The notes under the pieces: generated by a model
Databases searched by the model: none
Told to the model about the DNA's origin: nothing
What the model saw: the letters and a program-made list of their open reading frames with translations, nothing else
Source of the DNA: Waddliaceae bacterium
Lineage (GTDB): Bacteria; Chlamydiota; Chlamydiia; Chlamydiales; SLFE01
NCBI GenBank assembly: GCA_963783885.1
Contig: CAWAPJ010000008.1
Span: 64,001 to 128,000, forward strand
Length of the DNA: 64,000 bases
Direction of reading: 5' to 3'
Translations under genes and position numbers: made by a program
Shown here: one piece after another, positions 56,954 to 64,000 of the stretch
How the letters are laid out: each line of letters begins with the position of its first letter
Position numbering within the stretch: the stretch's first letter is position 1

Positions 56954-57420
56954 TGGCGGTTAACACACATAAAGATATTCCAAAAGAGCTTAGCTATAAG
57001 GAGATTTTGAACATCCTTCCCCATCGCTACCCTTTTCTGCTTGTTGATAAGGTTATAGATGTGAATCTGGAGGAAAGACTGATCGTAGGTCAAAAGAATA
57101 CCAGTATAAATGAACAGTTTTTCCAGGGGCATTTTCCCGATATGCCTATAATGCCTGGGGTCCTCATCCTGGAAGCTCTCGCTCAAACGGGGGGAATATA
57201 TATTTACCTCAAAGGATACGATAAACTTTGCGCCCTGCTCAATATCAATAACGCAAAATTCCGCAGTCCTGTCACTCCCGGCGATATTTTAACTCTTCAT
57301 GTCTCAGAAAAACACCTAAGCGGAAAAGGAGGTAAATTTCAGGGGCGGGCTATGGTGGGCGAAAAATTAGCCGCCGAAGCAGAAATTGGTTGCGTTTTGA
57401 TAGAAAAAGATACAATTTAG
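56953..57420 (+). CDS. fabZ: 3-hydroxyacyl-ACP dehydratase
   Basis: LPHRYPFLLVD, FQGHFP, MPGVLILEALAQ. Confidence 0.96.
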   Translation: MAVNTHKDIPKELSYKEILNILPHRYPFLLVDKVIDVNLEERLIVGQKNTSINEQFFQGHFPDMPIMPGVLILEALAQTGGIYIYLKGYDKLCALLNINNAKFRSPVTPGDILTLHVSEKHLSGKGGKFQGRAMVGEKLAAEAEIGCVLIEKDTI

Positions 57421-57447
57421 GATTTAAATCGTTAAAAAGAGAGTAAT

Positions 57448-58320
57448 ATGACTCAAGCTAGGATTCACCCGGCCGCTTATGTTGAAGAGGGGGCCAAAAT
57501 TGGAAAAAATGTCACGATAGAACCTTACGCTGTCATCAAAAAAGATGTCGAAATTGGAGATAATGTCCTCATCAAATCCCATGCCTATATTGAAGGACTG
57601 ACCAAGATAGGGGAAGGTACTGTCATTTACCCGGGAGCCAGCATCGGCTGCCCGCCTCAAGCTATCAGATATCGCGGTGAAAAATCGGTGATTGAAATCG
57701 GCAAAAATTGCCAGATTAGAGAATATGTCACAATCAATTCTTCACTTGGAAGCGATTCCATAGTCCATATAGGTGACAACTGCATGATTATGGCTTATTG
57801 CCATCTGGCTCACAATAGCTGGCTAGGGGATCATGTCATAATGAGCAACAACGCCGCATTGTCCGGGCACGTTGTCATTGAAGATCACGCCATTATCGGC
57901 GGAAAAACCGCCATTCACCAGTATGTCCGCATAGGCAAATACGCGATGATCGGCGGGTTCAGCCCTATCGGCCAGGATGTTCCGCCATTTACTATCGGGC
58001 GAGGGGAACCTTTCAGGTTCGGCGGACTCAATTTAGTCGGCTTAAAGCGTCACGGGTTTCCCATTGAGACTCGAAGGGAGCTCAGCCGGGCTTTCCGTTT
58101 GATTTACCGCTCTAAACTTAAGCTGGATGAAGCCTTGAGCCGCATTCAAACCGAATTGGAGCCTTTGCCAGAAATTAAATATTGGCTTGAATTCTGCAAA
58201 ACTTCCAAGCGCGGTTTGATCGGTCTTGGCGGTGTTCACAAAAATCAAAACATTCACAGCGATTACTACCTCGAAGACGAGCTCGAAGAAGTAGGTGAGT
58301 GTATGGCAACCTCTGTATAG
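57448..58320 (+). CDS. lpxA: UDP-GlcNAc O-acyltransferase
   Basis: Hexapeptide repeats; IREYVTIN, MAYCHLAH, HQYVRIG, LNLVGLKR. Confidence 0.96.
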   Translation: MTQARIHPAAYVEEGAKIGKNVTIEPYAVIKKDVEIGDNVLIKSHAYIEGLTKIGEGTVIYPGASIGCPPQAIRYRGEKSVIEIGKNCQIREYVTINSSLGSDSIVHIGDNCMIMAYCHLAHNSWLGDHVIMSNNAALSGHVVIEDHAIIGGKTAIHQYVRIGKYAMIGGFSPIGQDVPPFTIGRGEPFRFGGLNLVGLKRHGFPIETRRELSRAFRLIYRSKLKLDEALSRIQTELEPLPEIKYWLEFCKTSKRGLIGLGGVHKNQNIHSDYYLEDELEEVGECMATSV

Positions 58321-58328
58321 AAGTTTTC

Positions 58329-59276
58329 ATGAAGATCGTTTTTTTCGGCACGCCTGTATTTGCAGCAAAAACCCTTGAGTATTTGATTGATCAGGGAGTC
58401 GAGGTTGCAGCGGTTGTTACAAAACCCGACAAGCCAAAGGGGAGATCGGGCCGTCCATTGCCGCCGCCTGTCAAAACAGTCGCACAGGAAAAAATCCCCG
58501 ATGTTTCTGTTTTCCAACCTCAAAAAGCTTCATCTCCCGAATTTATCAGGACTCTGTCCCATTTTTCGGCAGATGTTTTTGTTGTCGTCGCCTATGGGGA
58601 AATCATGAAGCAGGAGCTGCTCGATATGCCAAAGCTTGCCTGTGTCAACGTCCACGCCAGCCTCCTTCCTAAATACCGGGGCGCAGCGCCTATCCAACAG
58701 GCTATCATCAGCGGAGAAAAAGAATCCGGAGTGACGATCATGTACATGGTCAAAAAACTCGATGCCGGCCCTATGATCAAACAGGCAAAAGTCAAGATCG
58801 GCCCCAATATGACCGCCGGAGAGCTGCATGATCTGCTTCAGCAGGCCGGCGCCGAAATCCTTGTGGCGGCGCTCAAGGAAATGGACCGCGGTGTCATAAC
58901 CGAGGTTCCTCAAGACGACTCGCTTGCCACATACGCAAAAAAAATCGAACCTGAGGACTGCCGGGTGTATTGGGAGAAATCGGCCCGCAGCCTATTCAAT
59001 TTGATCAGGGGAACCGCTCCTGTTCCCGGCGCTTGGTGTCCTGTCCTCATAAAAGGGGAGCAAAAGCGGATGAAAATCTTATCCGCCAGAGTTGTTCAAG
59101 GGTACACAGAAACTCCCGGCAACATACTCGCCTATGGGCCGGACGGTATTATTGTCGCCTGTGGCGAGGAGTCACTTCGACTTCTTGAGCTTAAGCTTGA
59201 AGGTAAAAAATCCATGACTGCCGAAGAATTTGCGCGCGGAATCCCGCAAAAAGATATTCAATTTATTTCTCCTTAG
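58329..59276 (+). CDS. fmt: Methionyl-tRNA formyltransferase
   Basis: MKIVFFGTP, VVAYG, NVHASLLPKYRGAAPIQ, LDAG. Confidence 0.97.
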   Translation: MKIVFFGTPVFAAKTLEYLIDQGVEVAAVVTKPDKPKGRSGRPLPPPVKTVAQEKIPDVSVFQPQKASSPEFIRTLSHFSADVFVVVAYGEIMKQELLDMPKLACVNVHASLLPKYRGAAPIQQAIISGEKESGVTIMYMVKKLDAGPMIKQAKVKIGPNMTAGELHDLLQQAGAEILVAALKEMDRGVITEVPQDDSLATYAKKIEPEDCRVYWEKSARSLFNLIRGTAPVPGAWCPVLIKGEQKRMKILSARVVQGYTETPGNILAYGPDGIIVACGEESLRLLELKLEGKKSMTAEEFARGIPQKDIQFISP

Positions 59277-59292
59277 TATATGATCGCTTCCA

Positions 59293-59895
59293 ATGATGAA
59301 TATATCGAGCTTGATCACACGCATTCCCACTATTTTTAATAACCATGCTCCGAAAGGAGCGCTAGTGGCGGTGCTCGACATCACCCAAAAGGTCTTGCTG
59401 CTTGCTTTGAAATATATCGGTCCTATCCGGCAGAGCGGTTTCTTTATTATGGGAGGGCAGGATCTCTTTTTAGGAGCCAAAAAAACCATTCGCCGCTGGA
59501 AGCATATAGGCAGGGATGCAAAAGTCACCCGAGCCTTCTGTAAAGTCTTAGCCGGCTCCACTCTCATTATGTCTGGCATTTTCGGTCTTTGGTCTTCGCT
59601 CGATTTTATTAAAAAGGGTTTCAATACATCTTTGAATCACCAACTCTTCGCCGCCAGCAATATCTTTTTTCTGTTTTCCAGCATATTAAGACTGAAGACA
59701 TGTCTCGACGATTACCTGGAAGCAAAAAACCAACCTGCGGAAATTTCCGCCATGATGGGAATCGGCGCCAACTTGTATTACATCATCGCCGCCTCTTTGA
59801 TGCTTTTCACTGCTCCCACCGCTTTTGTCATCATCCTCTGCTGCGTTGGAACTGCAACATCGTTTCTGCAAGCGATATACGACTTTTCTCATTGA
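59293..59895 (+). CDS. Hydrophobic hypothetical membrane protein
   Basis: 200-aa ORF with several hydrophobic segments. Confidence 0.6.
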   Translation: MMNISSLITRIPTIFNNHAPKGALVAVLDITQKVLLLALKYIGPIRQSGFFIMGGQDLFLGAKKTIRRWKHIGRDAKVTRAFCKVLAGSTLIMSGIFGLWSSLDFIKKGFNTSLNHQLFAASNIFFLFSSILRLKTCLDDYLEAKNQPAEISAMMGIGANLYYIIAASLMLFTAPTAFVIILCCVGTATSFLQAIYDFSH

Positions 59896-59956
59896 TTATT
59901 TTCGCATTTCTGTGCTAATGTCTCCTTCAAAACTTTCAACTTCAAGGCGGAAAACT

Positions 59957-60745
59957 ATGTCATCATCACCTGCACTATCGAGTTGTCTTTATAACGGCAT
60001 TAAAGAATACATGGGTTCCCAACAGGGAATGTACGACGCCATCCAAGGCTTAGGTCTTTTTTGTGGAACAGTTCCCTTATTTAGCGGTTTAAACGAAATC
60101 GTTCAAGATCACTTAAGCTTACAGGATGCCTTCCAGATGCTTCCCGACAGCATGGATGCTCTTGCGGATCTGAAAAAGAGCTTCAGCGATTTTGGAAAGC
60201 AAGACGGCATTTTGAACAAATTAAAAAGCATCAAGTTCGATTTCCTTTCCATTGTGTTGAATGCAAGCGTATTGACTTTAGACGGGCTCACTATTGTCGC
60301 AGTTTGCAGCGCGGCAAAACTTATGGATTTCGGCAAGCTGGCATCAGGCATCGGGGCCTTTCAAATATTTGGCATCGCTCCTTTGGCATTTGTGGCTAAA
60401 ATTGCTCTTAGTCCCGCAATACGCGTCGTCTATATTGTTGTCCTCACCTCAAGTACACTTTTAGAGATCCGAAAAATAGCAGCGGCAAAAGGAGGACATG
60501 AAGCCAAAAGGCTGGAAAACAGTCAAATCCGTCGTGAGGCTCAATTCAAAATCTCAAGAAATGTCACAAGAATCGCACTTCAGGTTCTGGCGCTCTCAGC
60601 TCTTGCAAATCCCATCCTTTTAGTCGGCATGGGTGCGGTGGCCGCGATTACAGGGACGGCAGAAGGAGTGATGAAGACTAATGCCATGAGGAAATACTTC
60701 AATCCTGACTACAATTCCACCCCCACATATGCTCCCAGAACATAA
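59957..60745 (+). CDS. Hydrophobic hypothetical protein, possible inclusion-associated
   Basis: Ser-rich N-terminus, long Ala/Gly-rich hydrophobic stretches; lies between fmt and rplC. Confidence 0.6.
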   Translation: MSSSPALSSCLYNGIKEYMGSQQGMYDAIQGLGLFCGTVPLFSGLNEIVQDHLSLQDAFQMLPDSMDALADLKKSFSDFGKQDGILNKLKSIKFDFLSIVLNASVLTLDGLTIVAVCSAAKLMDFGKLASGIGAFQIFGIAPLAFVAKIALSPAIRVVYIVVLTSSTLLEIRKIAAAKGGHEAKRLENSQIRREAQFKISRNVTRIALQVLALSALANPILLVGMGAVAAITGTAEGVMKTNAMRKYFNPDYNSTPTYAPRT

Positions 60746-61229
60746 AGAATCCCGTCTGCCGCCTCATGAATGGGCGGCAGTCATCCTCATTCTCGCCTCT
60801 CTTGTTTCTTTAGCCGCATTTGCCGCAATGAAAAGCCCGCCTTTGCAGGCTCCCGAGCTGCAGAATGTTATAACCGTCAAAGTTCGGGGTGATGTTGAAA
60901 ATCCCGGATACTGCACGATTCCTAAAGGAGCTCTCCTTAAAGCTATATATCCCTTAGTCAAACCAAAATATGAAACCGAGGCTGTTGGCCTTCATTCTGA
61001 CTCAAAACTCTACGACGGACAAAACATTAAATTCAAAAGTTTACTTGTCAATGTAACAGTGAAAGGGGCGGTTCGCAGGACGGCAAGCCTGAAGCTGAAG
61101 AAAGGAGCGGTTCTTGCCGAATATCTGGATTGCCTTGAGCTTGAGCCTGATGCCGATGTGGAAAAAGTGAAGAATCGCCTGATACGGAGACAAAATCAGA
61201 CAATTACCATACCCCGTAAGAAGGTTTAA
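60729..61229 (+). CDS. Membrane-anchored protein with two SLBB-like domains
   Basis: TM helix; ITVKVRGDVENPG...PKGA and VTVKGAV...KKGA repeats. Confidence 0.7.
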   Translation: MLPEHKESRLPPHEWAAVILILASLVSLAAFAAMKSPPLQAPELQNVITVKVRGDVENPGYCTIPKGALLKAIYPLVKPKYETEAVGLHSDSKLYDGQNIKFKSLLVNVTVKGAVRRTASLKLKKGAVLAEYLDCLELEPDADVEKVKNRLIRRQNQTITIPRKKV

Positions 61230-61393
61230 CCCGGATTTTGATCACTATTTGGCAAATCTATACAGATTGTTTGGCGATCCTGTCATAAACTGCTCCTTGC
61301 CAACACGTAAAACATATTGGATTCGTCGCAATTTTGGCAATATCATCCAAAAATTCTGCATATCTTACCCCAAATAGTGTGCGAAATTCGGGC
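61229..61393 (-). mobile_element. About 165-nt degenerate rod-hairpin element with ACCCG-type ends
   Basis: cccggatttt/gaaattcggg, cactatttgg (61243-61252)/ccaaatagtg (61370-61379), further stems to apex ccaacacgt-aaa-acatattgg; flanked by tta on both sides. Confidence 0.65.
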
Positions 61394-61420
61394 TTAGGTG
61401 ATTTTTTTTTATTCCTTCTA

Positions 61421-61449
61421 TTGCGCATAAATCCGTCCTTTGCTATTCT
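61421..61449 (+). promoter_or_regulatory. Promoter of the rplC operon
   Basis: TTGCGC-N17-TATTCT with a TG extension. Confidence 0.6.
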
Positions 61450-61454
61450 AAAAC

Positions 61455-61633
61455 CTTTCAAATTCATTAAGTCCGCTGTGCATTGCGAAATGCGCTAGCT
61501 GCCTAAAGATTTAGCAAAATCCGGGAGGTGTCTAGTTAAGCGGTACGGCGAGTTTTGGATGTTTACTAATAGATATGCGAGGAAGTTTCTCCCTGATAGT
61601 GCGGAGAACCCTAACTGATGAAGGAACTAGTGT
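61455..61633 (+). promoter_or_regulatory. Long structured 5' leader of the rplC operon
   Basis: gtgcatt-GCGA-aatgcgc GNRA hairpin at 61478-61495 within a ccgct/agcgg closing stem. Confidence 0.45.
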
Positions 61634-62299
61634 ATGGGACGTAAACTGATGGGTAAAAAGCGCGGTATGATGCAGATGTTCGATGACAGCGGAAATGTTG
61701 TTATCTGCACCGTCATAGAAGCCGAGCCGAATGTCGTGACGCAGATTAAAACAGTCGAACGCGACGGCTACGATGCGATTCAGCTGGGCTTTGAGGAAAT
61801 TAAAGTGAAAGATCCTCGAACAATGGATAAGCGTGTTAAGAAGCCTCAGCTTGGACATTTTAAGAAAGCGGGACTCGCTCCCAGACGATATCTGACAGAG
61901 TGTCGGATTGACAATACGGGCGAGTATGAGGTTGGTCAGGAAATTGGCGTCGGCATGTTTGCCGATGTGCCTTTTGTCGACGCGACGGCAACATCGATCG
62001 GAAAAGGGTTTCAAGGATTGATGAAAAAATATAATTTCCGCGGATACCCAGCAACCCACGGTACCGGTCCGGTTCACAGGCACGGCGGTTCTACAGGAAT
62101 GAGAAGTACGCCGGGGCGTTGCTTGCCGGGCGGAAAAAGAGCAAGTCAGATGGGTGGAAAACGAACAACTGCTCAGGGGCTTGAGGTTGTTATGGTGAAT
62201 GTTGAAGATAACCTGATCATTGTCAAAGGTTCGGTTCCTGGCCCAAAAAATGGCCTGGTCACCCTTCAGGAAGCAACAAAAAAAATGGCTATGAAATAA
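61634..62299 (+). CDS. rplC: 50S ribosomal protein L3
   Basis: GKKRGMMQ, DGYDAIQLG, GKGFQG, KGSVPG. Confidence 0.97.
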   Translation: MGRKLMGKKRGMMQMFDDSGNVVICTVIEAEPNVVTQIKTVERDGYDAIQLGFEEIKVKDPRTMDKRVKKPQLGHFKKAGLAPRRYLTECRIDNTGEYEVGQEIGVGMFADVPFVDATATSIGKGFQGLMKKYNFRGYPATHGTGPVHRHGGSTGMRSTPGRCLPGGKRASQMGGKRTTAQGLEVVMVNVEDNLIIVKGSVPGPKNGLVTLQEATKKMAMK

Positions 62300-62312
62300 T
62301 CGGGAGTAAGCA

Positions 62313-62996
62313 GTGGCAAAGCTAAAAAAATACAATCTTTCCGGGAAGGAAATTGGTGCGGTAGAAGTCGACGATCGCTTGGCCAAGGCTGAAGCCAACA
62401 GCCAGTCGATAAAAGATTATATAATTGCGATAAGAGCCAACGCAAGACAGTGGTCGGCAAATACGAAGAATCGGTCGGAAGTGAAACACACTACCAAAAA
62501 GCCAAGGCCTCAAAAAGGGACCGGCCGCGCTCGGCAGGGTTCTCTTGTAACTCCTCAATATCGAGGAGGGGGAATCGTGTTTGGCCCCAAACCGAAATTT
62601 GATCAGCATGTACGGATAAATAAAAAAGAAAGGCGGGCAGCGATACGTTATCTGCTTGGCGAGAAAATTCGTCAGCAGCGTCTGTTTGTCATTGACGCTT
62701 TAAACATGGAGCAGCCAAAGACAAAAGCGATCGTTCAGTTCATGACGGCGCTTGGAAAGAAGGAAAGGGCTCTGTTTTTGGGCGAAGTCAACGAGCGGGA
62801 AGTCGAAGTGGAAGGCGAGAAATCGAAAGTATCGATTCATGACGAAGGTCATAGAAACTTTGCGAAAAGCGTCAAAAATCTTCCAAAGGCTGAATTTAAA
62901 CTAGCGAAAAATATTAGTGGCTATGATCTCATGCTTGCCGGTGATTTGTTTATCACCGAAGCAGCATTGCAGCAAGTAGCGGAATGGTTATTGTAA
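62313..62996 (+). CDS. rplD: 50S ribosomal protein L4
   Basis: KPRPQKGTGRARQG, GGGIVFGPKP. Confidence 0.97.
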   Translation: MAKLKKYNLSGKEIGAVEVDDRLAKAEANSQSIKDYIIAIRANARQWSANTKNRSEVKHTTKKPRPQKGTGRARQGSLVTPQYRGGGIVFGPKPKFDQHVRINKKERRAAIRYLLGEKIRQQRLFVIDALNMEQPKTKAIVQFMTALGKKERALFLGEVNEREVEVEGEKSKVSIHDEGHRNFAKSVKNLPKAEFKLAKNISGYDLMLAGDLFITEAALQQVAEWLL

Positions 62997-63008
62997 GAAG
63001 GTTAGCAT

Positions 63009-63353
63009 ATGAAAAAACGTAATCCAAGGCAAGTTGTCAAGCATAGGCATGTGACTGAGAAGTCGACAATTTTGGAAAGCTTGAAAAATGCCGACAGTAA
63101 CCCATGTATCTCACGTTGCGATAAGCCGAAATATGTGTTCATTGTTGACAGGCTTGCCAACAAGAAAGAGATCGCTCAGGCAGTTGAAGAAATTTATAAA
63201 GATAAAAATGTAAAGGTCACGTCGGTCAATACAATCAATGTGAAACCTAAATCAACCAGACTTCTCCGTACACGCAGGGGAATTGGGAAAAAAAACGGCT
63301 TTAAGAAAGCGATTGTCACCTTAGAGCCTAAAGATACATTGGAAAATGTTTAA
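63009..63353 (+). CDS. rplW: 50S ribosomal protein L23
   Basis: VTEKS, ANKKEIAQAVE, VTSVNTIN, KKAIVTL. Confidence 0.96.
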   Translation: MKKRNPRQVVKHRHVTEKSTILESLKNADSNPCISRCDKPKYVFIVDRLANKKEIAQAVEEIYKDKNVKVTSVNTINVKPKSTRLLRTRRGIGKKNGFKKAIVTLEPKDTLENV

Positions 63354-63371
63354 TGGAGCTTAGGTAATCAA

Positions 63372-64000
63372 ATGTTAAAGAAATTTCGACCAAGAACTCC
63401 TGGGACTCGGCGGCTGATTCTGCCCGCTAATGAAAAGTTGACAAGAGTTAACGAGAAACTTCGTAAAAAAGTGAAGCCGACCAAAAGCTTGCTGCTCAAG
63501 AAAACGCGGACAAACGGCCGCAACAATAAAGGGCACATCACCTGTCGTCATCGCGGCGGAGGCCATAAACGGCAGTATAGAATTGTGGATTTTAAAAGAG
63601 ATAAAATAGATATCCCGGCTCGAGTAGCGTCTATCGAATATGATCCCAATAGATCCGCCTACATTGCCCTTCTAAATTACAGAGATGGCGAAAAGCGATA
63701 TATTTTGGCCCCTCAAGGCTTGAAAGAGGGCGACACGGTGCAAAGCGGCGACAAAGTTCCTTTTAATATAGGGTGCTGCATGATGCTGAAACAGATGCCG
63801 CTTGGCTCGGTTATCCACAACATAGAAATCAGGCCCGGGCAGGGTGGAAAGCTTGTCAGATCCGCCGGACTCTTTTCACAGCTTGTCGCCCGAAGCGACG
63901 GAATGGCGACGATCAAGATGCCGTCCGGAGAGATCAGAACAGTGAACGAGAATTGTCGAGCGACATTCGGCGCAGTATCAAATCCCGAGCACAGTCTTCG
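63372..64000 (+). CDS. rplB: 50S ribosomal protein L2, runs off the window end
   Basis: [40 protein letters not shown], translated by hand. Confidence 0.96.
   Translation, partial: MLKKFRPRTPGTRRLILPANEKLTRVNEKLRKKVKPTKSLLLKKTRTNGRNNKGHITCRHRGGGHKRQYRIVDFKRDKIDIPARVASIEYDPNRSAYIALLNYRDGEKRYILAPQGLKEGDTVQSGDKVPFNIGCCMMLKQMPLGSVIHNIEIRPGQGGKLVRSAGLFSQLVARSDGMATIKMPSGEIRTVNENCRATFGAVSNPEHSL

Noticed and set aside
61450..61633. No rpsJ (S10) before rplC
   Set aside because: As far as I recall this is the normal arrangement in Chlamydiae, so it is a taxonomic clue and not a novelty

Overview
64-kb chromosomal window from what is very probably an environmental Chlamydiae (Parachlamydiales-like) genome. 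The assignment is inferred from gene content and order: clpC-ptsN-ptsN-dut-accD-sod; trxA-trmL-aspS-hisS-uhpC-dnaE-bamD-lptE-rsbW; lnt-lpxC-fabZ-lpxA-fmt-rplC with no rpsJ. Bases 1-12237 hold a Pel-type exopolysaccharide operon (split pelA, pelB, frameshifted pelD, pelE, pelF, pelG; no pelC seen). The rest is mostly housekeeping (tkt, heme synthesis, ndh, lipid A, start of the ribosomal protein operon) with scattered accessory genes: a kinase-like ORF, an LRR protein, sulfotransferases and an Inc-like protein with a WASP-type CA tail. The main unexplained signal is a set of four 156-165-nt rod-shaped hairpin insertions (12261, 23074, 34676, 61229) plus a 105-nt palindrome (15608). Three of the rods have clean 5-bp target duplications, and the mismatches tend to be G-U wobbles and tandem GA pairs on one strand. 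A full IS982 (42509-43548) carries a related 117-nt hairpin between its left inverted repeat and the transposase. Other oddities: dnaE appears to start at ATT, pelD and hemG have homopolymer frameshifts, and there is a structured leader before rplC. No tRNA, rRNA or CRISPR array was seen. All functional calls come from reading motifs by eye, with no database search.
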